NCBI GenBank assembly: GCA_032654565.1
Contig: JAULAX010000014.1
Location: 1 to 64,000 of the forward strand
Reading direction: 5' to 3'
From: Anaeromyxobacteraceae bacterium
GTDB lineage: Bacteria > Myxococcota > Myxococcia > Myxococcales > Anaeromyxobacteraceae
Length of the DNA: 64,000 bases
Made by a program: the position numbers and the translations under genes. Shown piece by piece: positions 1-9,983 of this stretch. The notes beneath the pieces are model-generated. The model saw nothing but the letters and a program-made list of their open reading frames with translations. It did no database searches and was not told where the DNA came from. Each line of letters starts with the position of its first letter. Within the stretch, counting starts at the first letter, position 1.

Positions 1-5
1 CCAAG

Positions 6-1064
6 GTGATGACCGAGGCCAACCAGACCGATGTGGCGCGCCGCTTCTTCGGCCTCTCGGCACGGGAGGCCCAGGAGGTCGTCGCCGAGTTGCAGCCGAG
101 GGCGACTCCGCCGCTCCGCGCGGTGGTGACGTCCTTGGCCCTGTCCCCCCTCGCGTCCGGGGCATCGCAGATCGCCAGGCTCGCGCGCCCCGCCGCGCTG
201 CAGAGACCTTCGACCGGATCATCGGCACCGGTCGGTTCATCCGATACGGACTTAGGGTCACTTCTGACGTCAGAAGGAGAATCGACCCACCCCGTGCGGG
301 ACGCCGCACCGCGTGGCGTGCCCAGTGATGAACCGCGGGAGGCCCACTATGCCCCGCCCCGCGACGACGTTGAACCGCTCACCGCTGACCTGCGCCGGCT
401 CCACGTCACGGTGAGCCGCCAGCTCCTGAAGAAGCTCGACGCCGCCCGCGACGGCCTCTCCCATGCGATCCCCGGCGCCACCACCGAGCAGGTGCTCGAG
501 GCGGCGCTCGACCTGCTTCTCGAGAAGCAGGCCCGGGCCCGCGGGCTGGTGAAGCGGCCGCGGAAGACGGGGGCGGCCACGGCGCTGCCTGGCATTCGGG
601 CTGCGGCTCCGGCCGTCGCTGCCATTGCGGCTGCGGCTGCGGCTGCGACCGGGATGGGAGCCGCGAAGCCTGAGGTGAAGGCGGCGGCCGTTGAAGCTGG
701 AGCCGAGGCGGGGATCGATGGCGTCAACGAGGCCGCGAACGGGTCTGCGCGCGAAGCCGCGAATGACGCCAGGTTCGACCCGTCGCCACCTCGCCGCACC
801 GGTCCTCGCGAAGCCATCCCCGCCGCCATCCGCCGCGAAGTCTGGGAGCGCGATGGCGGCCGCTGCTCCTGGCCACTTGACGGCGGCGGCGTGTGCGGGT
901 CCACCCACCGGCTGGAGTTGGACCACCTGGTGCCCTGGGCGCTCGGCGGCCCGACCACCGCCGCCAACCTCCGGCTCACCTGCGCCCGGCACAACCGGCT
1001 TGCGGCTCGGCACGCCTTCGGGAGCCGGTGCGTGAACCGCTACGCCGGCCCGGGCACTGGTTGA
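6..1064 (+). CDS. HNH endonuclease-domain protein (DUF222/REP13E12-like multicopy family), 5'-truncated by window edge
   Basis: C-terminal RDGGRC...CGSTHRLELDHLVP...NLRLTCARHN HNH motif; blocks nearly identical to the paralog at 42507-43829; the paralog's N-terminal ~130 aa are missing here. Confidence 0.85.
   Translation: MMTEANQTDVARRFFGLSAREAQEVVAELQPRATPPLRAVVTSLALSPLASGASQIARLARPAALQRPSTGSSAPVGSSDTDLGSLLTSEGESTHPVRDAAPRGVPSDEPREAHYAPPRDDVEPLTADLRRLHVTVSRQLLKKLDAARDGLSHAIPGATTEQVLEAALDLLLEKQARARGLVKRPRKTGAATALPGIRAAAPAVAAIAAAAAAATGMGAAKPEVKAAAVEAGAEAGIDGVNEAANGSAREAANDARFDPSPPRRTGPREAIPAAIRREVWERDGGRCSWPLDGGGVCGSTHRLELDHLVPWALGGPTTAANLRLTCARHNRLAARHAFGSRCVNRYAGPGTG
261..276. repeat. Perfect 16-bp palindrome CTTCTGACGTCAGAAG inside HNH gene
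   Basis: Read directly; same core recurs at 43197-43222. Confidence 0.9.
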
Positions 1065-1217
1065 CGGCATCTGCCGACGCCCGGCCCTCGTCGCTCCACC
1101 CCGGACTGGCCACCCCTCGACCCAACCCTCCCTCTCACGCTCCCTCCTTTGGGTGTGCGATCTGGACAGGGCCACCGCCAACTTGCTCTAGTCGCGGGGC
1201 TCAACAGCGGAGAGGCG

Positions 1218-1529
1218 ATGGAACAGCGACCGCCACGCGTGACGCTCGGCGCGCCCCCGGGGCTCGCCGTCGACACCTTCGAGTTGGGCCCGCACCAGTA
1301 CGCGATCCTGGACTGGGACGCCGCGCCGCCGCGGCTTGCCGCGGCGCTGACGGGCGCCGAGCGAGAGATCATGCTGCAGCTCCTGGCCGGGAGGTCCAAC
1401 GCCGAGATCGCGCGCCGGCGGCGCCGGTCGGAACGGACGGTGGCCCATCAGGTCGACTCGATCTTCCGCCGCCTGGGCGTGCGCTCGCGGCTGGAGCTCT
1501 TCGCACTCTGCTCGCGGGGGGGCGGCTGA
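1218..1529 (+). CDS. Small LuxR-type HTH regulator
   Basis: LTGAEREIMLQLLAGRSNAEIARRRRRSERTVAHQVDSIFRRLGVRSRLEL is a LuxR HTH; ATG at 1218 after GGAGAGG. Confidence 0.8.
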   Translation: MEQRPPRVTLGAPPGLAVDTFELGPHQYAILDWDAAPPRLAAALTGAEREIMLQLLAGRSNAEIARRRRRSERTVAHQVDSIFRRLGVRSRLELFALCSRGGG

Positions 1530-2617
1530 TGGCCGCCCGGCGCGCCACCGGCAGCACCGCCGCCTTGCGCATAGACTGCCTCGCGGTCATCGAGGAGGCC
1601 TACGCGCCGGCCCTGAGCGACGAGGCCTGGCTTGAGAACCTCCTGGCGCCGTTCGAGCCCATGGCCCTGGGGTCGGGTGTCCTGGCTCGCATGTTCCGAA
1701 TCGCCCCCAGCTGGGAGACCAGGCAGGTCGCCTCGGCCTCGCGGGGCGTCACCCCGGAGCGGGCCGCGGCCTTCCAGCGGTTCTTCACCGAGGTGGAGCG
1801 CTGTCCACCGATCGTGGCCCGGACCCTCTACGCCCCTCCGTCCACGGTCTGTTGGGCCTCCCACCGGATCGCGAAGCTCCCGCCCTCGTTCCTGGCCGGC
1901 CTGCGAACCTGCGTGGGTGGGAGCGACGACCGCGACGCGCTTGGGGTCGTCGCCATCGAGCCTCGTGGCTTCGGCGTCCACGTCAGGATTCCCGTCGCCC
2001 GGAACGCCCCCATCCCGCCCCGGACCTTCCAGCAGCTCACGCGTGTGACCGCCCACCTCAGCTCGGCGATCCGGCTGCGTGCCCTGGCGGGGGCGACGAC
2101 GGCCGGGGTCGACCACCCCGGCGTGGAGGCCATCCTCGATCCCGGCGGGAGGGTGCGCCACGCGACCGGACCGGCCACCAGCCCAGCCGCCCGCGCCGGC
2201 CTGGCCGCGGCCGTTCGGGGGGTGGAGCGGGCCAGGGGCCGGCTACGGCGCTCCGATCCGGACGAGGCGCTGGCCATCTGGACGGCGCTCTTCGAGGGGC
2301 GCTGGTCGCTGGTGGAGCACGTGGAGTCGGACGGGCGGCGCCTCCTGCTGGCGCGCCGCAACGAGCCGGGGATCCGCGATCCCCGGGCGCTGCTCCCGGC
2401 CGAGCGCGACGTGCTGGCCTACGCCGCGCTGGGCCACTCCAACAAGTACATCGCCTACCTGCTGGGGGCGGCCACCAGCACGGTCGCCTCGCGCCTCGGC
2501 TCGGCGTTGCGCAAGCTGGGGCTCTCCTCCCGGCGCGAGGCCATCGACCTGCTCGGCCTGGCCGCGCGGGAGTCGGCGGCCGCCGCGCCGGACGACTCGG
2601 CCGCCTTGGGCGCCTGA
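1529..2617 (+). CDS. LuxR-family regulator, C-terminal HTH with uncharacterised N-terminal sensor region
   Basis: LLPAERDVLAYAALGHSNKYIAYLLGAATSTVASRLGSALRKLG; TGATG overlap with upstream gene. Confidence 0.8.
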   Translation: MAARRATGSTAALRIDCLAVIEEAYAPALSDEAWLENLLAPFEPMALGSGVLARMFRIAPSWETRQVASASRGVTPERAAAFQRFFTEVERCPPIVARTLYAPPSTVCWASHRIAKLPPSFLAGLRTCVGGSDDRDALGVVAIEPRGFGVHVRIPVARNAPIPPRTFQQLTRVTAHLSSAIRLRALAGATTAGVDHPGVEAILDPGGRVRHATGPATSPAARAGLAAAVRGVERARGRLRRSDPDEALAIWTALFEGRWSLVEHVESDGRRLLLARRNEPGIRDPRALLPAERDVLAYAALGHSNKYIAYLLGAATSTVASRLGSALRKLGLSSRREAIDLLGLAARESAAAAPDDSAALGA

Positions 2618-2833
2618 GGCCTGGCCTCCTTCCCCCGCCGCCGGACCGAGAGCCTCCGCGGGGCTCGGCGCCCGGGTCGCGCTGCGTCGAGACCGTGGTG
2701 CTGCCGGCCAATCGGTCGCCCCGTTGCCCATGTCCCTCCCGGTGCGGGCGCGGTAGCGTGGCCCATCCACAAACTGCGTCCCCTCGAGGGCCACGGTGGC
2801 CCGGCGAGCCCGCACTTGAAATGGAGAGCAGTC

Positions 2834-3361
2834 ATGCGCAAGGCGATCGGAGCGACGTTCCTCGGGCTGGTCTCGTTGCTGGCGGTGGGGGTGGCGGCCC
2901 AGGAGCCGCCGCCAATCGCCAGGTCGGGGAGCAGCACCATGGTCTCCGCGGGTTCGGCCACGGTGAAGGCCCTTCCGCTCGGGAAGGACCGGCTCCAGCT
3001 GACCTGGGAGTACCTGGGCGTGAACACCGACGACAGCGGGAAGGGGATCAACCACAACACTTCGGTCCGCTGCCTGGGGAGCGCCCACTTCGTCAACGAG
3101 CTGTACCAGGAGTACACGAACGCCTGCGTCTTCACGCGGACCGACGGGGACCAGATCTTCACCACGGAGAAGTTCACCGAGTCGACCGGCCCCATGTCCA
3201 AGGGAGGCGCCTTGAAGGGCACCTCCGTCATCACCGGCGGGACCGGCAAGCTGGCCGGCATCACCGGGAGCAGCGAGTGGGTGCGGTACGGCGTCCGTCC
3301 GGGGCTGGAGGGGACCGTCCAGACGGTGACGCGCGCCAAGTCGAGCTACAAGCTGCCGTAG
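2834..3361 (+). CDS. Secreted beta-rich hypothetical protein
   Basis: Signal peptide MRKAIGATFLGLVSLLAVGVAAQ; ITGGTGKLAGITGS motif; strong GC3 bias. Confidence 0.7.
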   Translation: MRKAIGATFLGLVSLLAVGVAAQEPPPIARSGSSTMVSAGSATVKALPLGKDRLQLTWEYLGVNTDDSGKGINHNTSVRCLGSAHFVNELYQEYTNACVFTRTDGDQIFTTEKFTESTGPMSKGGALKGTSVITGGTGKLAGITGSSEWVRYGVRPGLEGTVQTVTRAKSSYKLP

Positions 3362-3454
3362 CTCGGAGGCGACCGGGGCCCTCGAGCCGGCAGGGAGGGG
3401 CGGCTCGTGCGTCGATGTGACGGAGGAGTCAGCGCCGGGCGAGCCGCCAGACCG

Positions 3455-3769
3455 TCACCCCGGCGGCGCCAGCGCCGCCGCCACCTGCACCGCCGTCACG
3501 CCGGCCACCCGCACCGACTTGCGGCGCCCGGTCTCGCCGCGCCGCACCTCCACGTCGGCCTTGCGGACGCGGAGCGCGCCGGCCAGGAACTCCACCAGCG
3601 CGGCGTTGGCCTCGCCGTCCACCGGCGGCGCCGCCAGCTGCAGCTTGAGCCGCCCGTCGTGCTCGCCGACCACCCGGGTCCGCGAGGCGCGCGGCTGGAC
3701 CAGCAGCTCCAGCGTCACCGCCCCACCCTCCTCGCGCAGCCAGCCCGGGAGGGTCACTTCACCGGCCAT
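3455..3769 (-). CDS. DUF167 / YggU family protein
   Basis: [42 protein letters not shown]...GETGRRK. Confidence 0.88.
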   Translation of the reverse strand: MAGEVTLPGWLREEGGAVTLELLVQPRASRTRVVGEHDGRLKLQLAAPPVDGEANAALVEFLAGALRVRKADVEVRRGETGRRKSVRVAGVTAVQVAAALAPPG

Positions 3770-3788
3770 CAGCGCCACGCCCCGGGCA

Positions 3789-4592
3789 CTACCGCAGCCC
3801 GACCACGGCGATCCCGGCCTTGTCGGCCAGCCGGATCAGCTCCTCGAGGTCCATCACCAGGGTCGAGCCGGCCTCGACGGCCAGCACGCGGCACCCGGCC
3901 TTCCGCATCGACTCGATGGTGGCCGGCCCCACCGCCGGCAGGTCGAAGCGCCGGTCCTGCTGCGGCTTGACCGCCTTGACCACCACGGCGCCCCCCTTGG
4001 CCAGGTCGCCGCCGCGCTGGATGCAGGCGTCGGTCCCCTCCAGGGCCTCGACCGCCACCGCCACCCGCTCCTTCACCACCACGGTCTGGCCGAGGTCGAG
4101 CCGCCCCACGGCCCGGGCCAGGTCCAGCCCGTAGCGGGCGTCGGCCCACTCCTCCTGGCTGGGCTGGTGGCGCCCCAGCACCCCGTCGCGGGCCAGCGCC
4201 TCGCCGAGGAAGGGCATGGGGTCGATGACCGGCATGCCGCGCTCCTCCAGCATGGTGGCGATCATCCGCAGCAGGTTGTCGTCGGAGCGGATGGCCACCT
4301 TGGCCATCAGCTCCAGCCCCACGGCGTCGGGGAGGGCGTCGACGAAGAAGCGCTTCTTGGTGATGGCGCCGAGCATGACGGTCTGGGTGGCGCCGCCGGC
4401 CCTGAGGGCCTCGGCGATCTTGCCGAACTGGCCCAGCTTGACCCAGGTGAGGGCGTCGACGTGGCGCTCCAGCGCCTGGTCGGTCTGGTTGACGTGGGCC
4501 GCCGCCACCACCCGGTGGCCGGCCCGCCGCGCCGACGCCGCGAAGAGCGCGGGGAACCCGCCGCTCCCGGCGATCAGGCCGATGGTCCCCAT
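3789..4592 (-). CDS. lpxI: UDP-2,3-diacylglucosamine hydrolase LpxI
   Basis: [46 protein letters not shown]; follows lpxA. Confidence 0.92.
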   Translation of the reverse strand: MGTIGLIAGSGGFPALFAASARRAGHRVVAAAHVNQTDQALERHVDALTWVKLGQFGKIAEALRAGGATQTVMLGAITKKRFFVDALPDAVGLELMAKVAIRSDDNLLRMIATMLEERGMPVIDPMPFLGEALARDGVLGRHQPSQEEWADARYGLDLARAVGRLDLGQTVVVKERVAVAVEALEGTDACIQRGGDLAKGGAVVVKAVKPQQDRRFDLPAVGPATIESMRKAGCRVLAVEAGSTLVMDLEELIRLADKAGIAVVGLR

Positions 4593-4597
4593 CCCGG

Positions 4598-5371
4598 TCA
4601 GCGCGTGATGCCGCGCTTGGTCCCCTCGACGAAGGTGATGAAGTGGGCCACCTCGGGGTGCTGCCCCAGCTCGGCCTTGAGCTGGGCCAGCGCCTCGGCC
4701 GCCTGCAGCGAGGAGCGGAAGTAGATCTTGTAGGCCTGCTTGACCCGGCCGACCTGCTCCTCGTCCATGCCGGAGCGCTGCAGGCCGATGACGTTGAGGC
4801 CGGCCAGCTCGCCGCGCGAGCCGTTGATCATGCAGTAGGGGGCCACGTCCATGGCCACCCCGGTCATGCCGCCGATGAAGGCCAGCCGGCCCACCCGGGA
4901 GAACTGGTGGGCCGCCGAGAGCCCGCCGAAGTGCACGTGGTCCTCGAGGATGACGTGCCCGGCCAGCGCCACCGAGTTGGCGATGATGGCGCCGTCGCCG
5001 ACGACGCAGTCGTGGCCGACGTGGCAGTTGGCCATGAAGAGGCAGCCGTCGCCGATGCGGGTGACGGCCTTGTCCTGCGCCGTCCCGGCGTTGACGGTGA
5101 CGAACTCGCGGAAGGTGTTGTCGTCGCCGATGACGGTCTCGGTCGGCTCCCCCCGGTACTTGAGGTCCTGGGGGATCCCGCCGATCACGGCGTTGGAGAA
5201 GATCCGGTTGCGCGCGCCCAGGGTGGTGCGGCCGGTGACGACGCCGTGCGGGGCCACGGTGCAGCCGGGGCCGAGGCGGACCTGGGGTCCGATCCAGGCG
5301 AAGGGGCCGATCTCGCAGCTGGGGTCGACCTGGGCGCCCGCCTCGACGATCGCGGAGGGGTGGATGGCCAT
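4598..5371 (-). CDS. lpxA: UDP-N-acetylglucosamine acyltransferase LpxA
   Basis: IHPSAIVE, PQDLKYRGE, CHVGHDC, LAGHV, HQFSRVG hexapeptide repeats. Confidence 0.96.
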   Translation of the reverse strand: MAIHPSAIVEAGAQVDPSCEIGPFAWIGPQVRLGPGCTVAPHGVVTGRTTLGARNRIFSNAVIGGIPQDLKYRGEPTETVIGDDNTFREFVTVNAGTAQDKAVTRIGDGCLFMANCHVGHDCVVGDGAIIANSVALAGHVILEDHVHFGGLSAAHQFSRVGRLAFIGGMTGVAMDVAPYCMINGSRGELAGLNVIGLQRSGMDEEQVGRVKQAYKIYFRSSLQAAEALAQLKAELGQHPEVAHFITFVEGTKRGITR

Positions 5372-5383
5372 GTGGTCTCCAGC

Positions 5384-5860
5384 CTACTCCGCGGCGTCCC
5401 GGTCGGCGAGCATGGCCATGAACTCCCCGCCGGCCACCTCCTGCCCGTCGACCAGCGCCTTGCCGTTCATCTTCCAGACCGACCCCTTCTGCCGGGCGAT
5501 CTCGACGACCAGCTCGAGCCGGTCGCCGGGGATCACCGGCTTGCGGAAGCGGGCCCCGTCGATCCCCATCAGGTAGGTGACCTTGCGCTTCACGTCCTCG
5601 GGCGGCAGCGAGAGGATGGCCAGCAGCGCGCAGGCCTGGGCCAGCGCCTCGAGGATGAGCACGCCGGGCATGACCGGGTGGCCGGGGAAGTGGCCGGCGA
5701 AGTGCGGCTCGTTCATGGTCACCGCCTTCACGGCGGTGAGCTTGCCGCCCGGCGTCCAGGCGGTGACCCGGTCGACCAGCAGGAAGGGGGGGCGGTGCGG
5801 CAGGAGCCGCTGCACCGCCTCGATGTCGAGCTGCTGCCCAGGGACCACGGTGTCGCTCAT
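5384..5860 (-). CDS. fabZ: 3-hydroxyacyl-ACP dehydratase FabZ
   Basis: LPHRPPFLLVDRV, FAGHFPGHPVMPGVLILEALAQ. Confidence 0.96.
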   Translation of the reverse strand: MSDTVVPGQQLDIEAVQRLLPHRPPFLLVDRVTAWTPGGKLTAVKAVTMNEPHFAGHFPGHPVMPGVLILEALAQACALLAILSLPPEDVKRKVTYLMGIDGARFRKPVIPGDRLELVVEIARQKGSVWKMNGKALVDGQEVAGGEFMAMLADRDAAE

Positions 5861-6924
5861 GACTCCTCCTTCTCGCCGCCGCCGTCGAGCCTGGCGACCC
5901 GCCTCTTCAGCTCGAGCATCTGGTGACGCATCTCGTTGAACCGCTCCATGGCGGCGTGGGCGCGGGCCCAGCTCTTCTCGGCGATGGCGGGCGTGCCGGC
6001 CACCCGCTCCCCGGGCGCCAGGTCGCGCATCACCCCGGACTGGGCCGAGATGTTGGCGCGGTCGCCGATCACCAGGTGCCCGGTGACGCCGGCCTGGCCC
6101 CAGACCACCACCCCCATGCCGAGCCGGGTCGAGCCGGCGATCCCGGCCCCGGCGGCGACGATGCAGAGCGGACCCATCTCCACGCCGTGGCCGATCTGCA
6201 CCAGGTTGTCGATCTTGGTGCCCCGGCCGACCCGGGTGACGCCGAGGGCGGCGCGATCGACGCAGGAGTTGGCGCCGATCTCCACGTCGTCCTCGATGAT
6301 CACGACGCCGGCCTGCGGGATCTTGAAGTGGCGAGGGCCCGAGGTCCCGTCGCCGACCAGGTCGGTGGCGAAGCCGAAGCCGTCCCCGCCGATGACCACC
6401 CCGGGCTGGAGGATGACCCGGTCCCCCACCACGCAGCCGTCCCGCACCACCACGTTGGAGTAGAGGAGGGTGTCGGCGCCGACGCGCGCCCCGGCCCCGA
6501 GCTGGACGCCCGGGGAGAGGATGGTCCTCGCCCCCACCACCGCGCCGGCCCCCACCGAGACCAGCGGCCCGACCTGGGCGCTGGGGTCGATCGAGGCCGA
6601 GGGGTCGATGGCCGCCTGCGGGGAGATCCCCGCCGCCGCCACCGGGCCGGGGTGGAACAAGGTGGAGAGCTTGGCGAAGGCCAGGTAGGGGTTGTCCGAG
6701 CGCACCACGGTGCGCCCGGTCGGCACCGCCACGTCGGTCCCCACCAGCACCGCGCCGGCCCGGGTGGCCTCGAAGGCGGCCCGGTACTTCTTGTTGGCGA
6801 AGAAGGAGACCTGGCCGGGGCCGGCCTCCTCCAGCGGGGCCACCCCGTCGATGCGGAGCGATCCGTCCCCGGTGACCTCGCCGCCCACCAGCGCGGCGAG
6901 CTCGGCGAGCGTACGCGCGGTCAC
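5857..6924 (-). CDS. lpxD: UDP-3-O-acyl-glucosamine N-acyltransferase LpxD
   Basis: TLAELAALVGGEVTGD N-terminus, GGDGFGF, EIGANSCVDRA, TKIDNLVQIGH; GTG start at 6924 (ORF track over-extends). Confidence 0.94.
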   Translation of the reverse strand: MTARTLAELAALVGGEVTGDGSLRIDGVAPLEEAGPGQVSFFANKKYRAAFEATRAGAVLVGTDVAVPTGRTVVRSDNPYLAFAKLSTLFHPGPVAAAGISPQAAIDPSASIDPSAQVGPLVSVGAGAVVGARTILSPGVQLGAGARVGADTLLYSNVVVRDGCVVGDRVILQPGVVIGGDGFGFATDLVGDGTSGPRHFKIPQAGVVIIEDDVEIGANSCVDRAALGVTRVGRGTKIDNLVQIGHGVEMGPLCIVAAGAGIAGSTRLGMGVVVWGQAGVTGHLVIGDRANISAQSGVMRDLAPGERVAGTPAIAEKSWARAHAAMERFNEMRHQMLELKRRVARLDGGGEKEES

Positions 6925-6935
6925 GAGCCCCTCGC

Positions 6936-7541
6936 CTACTTCTTGGCCGGAGCCGGGGCGGCGTCCTTCTTGGTGGGCGCCGGGGCGTCGGCCTTCTTGG
7001 CCGGGGCGGCCGCCTTGCCGCCGGCGGCGAAGCGGGCGTTGTACTTGCGGACCAGCTCGTTGGTGACGTCCAGCGAGGACGGCGCGTAGAGCACGGTGTT
7101 GCGGTCGAGCACCATGGTGATGCCCTCGGCCTCGGCCAGCTCGCGGACCATCCCGATCATCTTGTCGAAGATGCCCCGGGTCACCTCGCGCTCCTTGCCG
7201 GCCAGCTCCTGCTGCAGGCCGACGAAGAACTGCTGGACCTCGTTCTTCTTCCGGTCGATCTCGGCCGCCCTGGACGCCTTGGCGTCCGGGGCCATCACCA
7301 GCGCCTGCTTCTGGAAGTCGGCGTCCAGCTTCTTCACCTCGTCGGTGCGCTGGTCGAGCTTCTTCTGCATCTCGTCGAAGTCCTTCTTGAGGCTGGCCTT
7401 GGCGACCTTGCCCTCGTCGATCTCCTCGAGGGCGCGCTGCAGGTCGACGTAGGCGAGCTTGAGGTCGGCGGCGCGGGCGGCCAGCGGGGCCAGGGCCAGC
7501 GCCACGGCGGCGGTGGCGGCGATGCGGGTGGTCAGGGACAT
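6936..7541 (-). CDS. skp: OmpH/Skp periplasmic chaperone
   Basis: Signal peptide, KLAYVDLQRAL, coiled coil, DVTNELVRKYN; located between bamA and lpxD. Confidence 0.92.
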   Translation of the reverse strand: MSLTTRIAATAAVALALAPLAARAADLKLAYVDLQRALEEIDEGKVAKASLKKDFDEMQKKLDQRTDEVKKLDADFQKQALVMAPDAKASRAAEIDRKKNEVQQFFVGLQQELAGKEREVTRGIFDKMIGMVRELAEAEGITMVLDRNTVLYAPSSLDVTNELVRKYNARFAAGGKAAAPAKKADAPAPTKKDAAPAPAKK

Positions 7542-7562
7542 GGGTTCCTCCGGGACTCGGGG

Positions 7563-9983
7563 CTAGAAGAAGTTGCCGATGGTGAACTGGAAGTCGAGGG
7601 GCTGGTCGACGTAGGCGCCGCTGACGGGATCCTTGCGGCGGTTGAGGGGGATGCCCCACTCGAAGCGCAGCGGGCCCATGGGGCTGAACCAGCGGAAGCC
7701 GAATCCCACCGACTTGTAGAGCGAGTACGGGACCGTGCTGTCCTTCCAGGACCCGGTGGCGAAGACGTTGCCGGCGTCCGCGAAGAGCACGCCCTTGATG
7801 CCGGCGGACGGCACCAGCGGGAACTCCAGCTCGAAGTTGAGGATGGCCTGCTTGTTGCCGCCGGTGGCGATGGTGGCCAGCGGCGCCATGGGGTTGTTGG
7901 GGTTGCTGGGCACCCGCTGGGTCGGCGAGATGGAGAGCATGCGGTAGCCGCGCACCGAGTTGATGCCGCCGGCGTAGAAGTTCTCGGAGATGGGCACGAC
8001 GTTCTCGGCGTCCCAGTTTCGCAGGACGCCGAGGGTCAGCTTGGCCCGCGCCACCACCCCGAAGACGACCGGCCGGTAGACGCGGACGTCCAGGCCGTAG
8101 CGGGAGAAGAGGTTGACCTTGTGGCCGAAGAGGGCGCTGGGCGCCAGCAGCGGGGGGGCGTACTCGGCGCTGGCGTTGAAGAAGAAGCCCGAGGTGGGGA
8201 AGATGCGGTTGTCGCGCTTGTCCCACTGCCAGGACAGGCGGAACGAGCTGGTGGTCCCGGAGCGGTACTGGTTGTAGAGGAGGCCCTGGGCGTCGCCGGA
8301 GACCGAGACGTACTCGTTGGTGTAGGTCCCGAAGACCCGCATGTCCTCGAGGTGCCTGGCGAACGACCAGACCGGGGCCAGACCGGAGAGCTCGTAGCCC
8401 CAGGTCATGTTCCCGCCCACCGCCCGGCGGTTGAAGTTGGTGTAGTAGCTCTCGCTGGCGTAGACGTCGAAGGCGAAGGTCCAGCGGGTGTCGAGGAAGT
8501 AGGGCTCGACGAACTGGATCTGCCCGAGCTGGCGGATCGACGACCACTGCACCTGCAGGCTCAGGGTCTGGCCCCAGCCGAAGAAGTTCTGCTGGGCGAT
8601 CTGCCCGGTGAGGATGAAGTTCTCGTAGCTGGAGAACCCGGCGCCGAGCTGGAAGGAGCCGGTGGACTTCTCCTTGACCTCCACCGAGGCGACCACCAGG
8701 TCCTCGGCGCTCCCCTTCTTGGTGGTGATCTCCACGGTCTCGAAGAAGCCCAGCGCCATGATGCGACTCTTGGAGAGGCGCATGGCGGTGCCGCTGAAGG
8801 TCTCCCCCTCGTAGAAGCGCAGCTCGCGCCGCACCACCTTGTCGCGGGTCTTCTCGTTGCCCACCACCTCGATCTTCTCGAAGCGGCACTTGATGCCGGG
8901 CTGGACGTCGAAGATGAGGTCGATGATGCGGGTCTTCTCATCGACCTGGGTCTGGGGGGTGATGTTGGCGTAGGCGAAGCCGCGGTCCTTGTAGATGTCG
9001 CCGATGGCGAAGAGGTCGGCGCCCACCTTGGACCGGGAGAAGAGCGTGGCCGCCTTGGTCCCCAGGAGCCGGCGGAGCGACGGCTCCTCGCCGAGCAGCT
9101 CCCCGGTGAAGCTGATCTTCCCGATGGTGAACTGCTCGCCCTCCTCGATGGGGATGGAGACGAAGAGGTAGCGACGGTCCGGGGAGAGGGCGATGGCGGG
9201 GCGGCCCACCTTCACGTTCACGAAGCCCTGGTCCATGTAGTTCATGCTGAGGGCGGCCAGGTCGCGCTGGAACATGTCCTCGCGGAAGGTGCCGGAGTTG
9301 CCGAAGGCCGAGAGCAGCCCGCCCTCCTGGGTCAGCATCACGCCCTGCAGCTCCTGGCTGGTGAGCCGCTTGTTGCCGTGGAAGCGGATCTCCTTGATCA
9401 ACACCTTGGCCTTCTCGTCGACCAGGTAGCGGACCGCCACCTGGTTGTCGGCCAGCTCCTCGAGCTTGTAGGTGACCTCGGCCAGGTAGAAGCCCTTCTC
9501 GATGTACTTCTCCTGGATCTTCTTGACGTCCTTCTTCACCGCCACCAGGTCGAGGATGGTGAAGGCCTTCACCTCCACGGTGTCCTTGAGATCCTCCTTG
9601 GTGAGCTCGTCGTTGCCGACGATGGTGGCCTCCTTGACGGTGGGGCGCTCGGTGACCTTGAAGACCAGCACCGGGCGGTCGGCGCCGCCCTCGATCTCCA
9701 CCACCACGTCGGAGAAGAAGCCGAGCTTCATCAGGGCCCGGACGTCGGCCTCGACGCGCCGGGGATCGTAGCGGGCCCCCTTCTTGGTGACGGTGGCCTT
9801 GATGGTGTCCGCCTCGACGCGCCGGTTGCCCTCCACCTTGACGTCGGCCACCACCGCCGGATCTGCGGCCCGGGCGGGCGACGCCAGCGACGCCAGCGCG
9901 AACGCGGCGGCCAGCAACCAGCCGGTCAGGGGGCGGTGCCTCACGGAGCCGCGGAATCTAATGCAAGGGGGGGCGTGGCTCAA
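7563..9983 (-). CDS. bamA: Outer membrane protein assembly factor BamA
   Basis: POTRA repeats (VEGNRRVE, GNEKTRDKVVRRELR), VRGY motif, FRWFSPMGPLRFEWG, FQFTIGNFF; exact start uncertain. Confidence 0.95.
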   Translation of the reverse strand: MSHAPPCIRFRGSVRHRPLTGWLLAAAFALASLASPARAADPAVVADVKVEGNRRVEADTIKATVTKKGARYDPRRVEADVRALMKLGFFSDVVVEIEGGADRPVLVFKVTERPTVKEATIVGNDELTKEDLKDTVEVKAFTILDLVAVKKDVKKIQEKYIEKGFYLAEVTYKLEELADNQVAVRYLVDEKAKVLIKEIRFHGNKRLTSQELQGVMLTQEGGLLSAFGNSGTFREDMFQRDLAALSMNYMDQGFVNVKVGRPAIALSPDRRYLFVSIPIEEGEQFTIGKISFTGELLGEEPSLRRLLGTKAATLFSRSKVGADLFAIGDIYKDRGFAYANITPQTQVDEKTRIIDLIFDVQPGIKCRFEKIEVVGNEKTRDKVVRRELRFYEGETFSGTAMRLSKSRIMALGFFETVEITTKKGSAEDLVVASVEVKEKSTGSFQLGAGFSSYENFILTGQIAQQNFFGWGQTLSLQVQWSSIRQLGQIQFVEPYFLDTRWTFAFDVYASESYYTNFNRRAVGGNMTWGYELSGLAPVWSFARHLEDMRVFGTYTNEYVSVSGDAQGLLYNQYRSGTTSSFRLSWQWDKRDNRIFPTSGFFFNASAEYAPPLLAPSALFGHKVNLFSRYGLDVRVYRPVVFGVVARAKLTLGVLRNWDAENVVPISENFYAGGINSVRGYRMLSISPTQRVPSNPNNPMAPLATIATGGNKQAILNFELEFPLVPSAGIKGVLFADAGNVFATGSWKDSTVPYSLYKSVGFGFRWFSPMGPLRFEWGIPLNRRKDPVSGAYVDQPLDFQFTIGNFF

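Noticed and set aside
6925..8889. 1010-aa LpxD fusion in the ORF track, and likewise the 936-aa LolD ORF
   Set aside because: Off-frame read-through overlapping skp/bamA or lolC/E, typical of high-GC DNA
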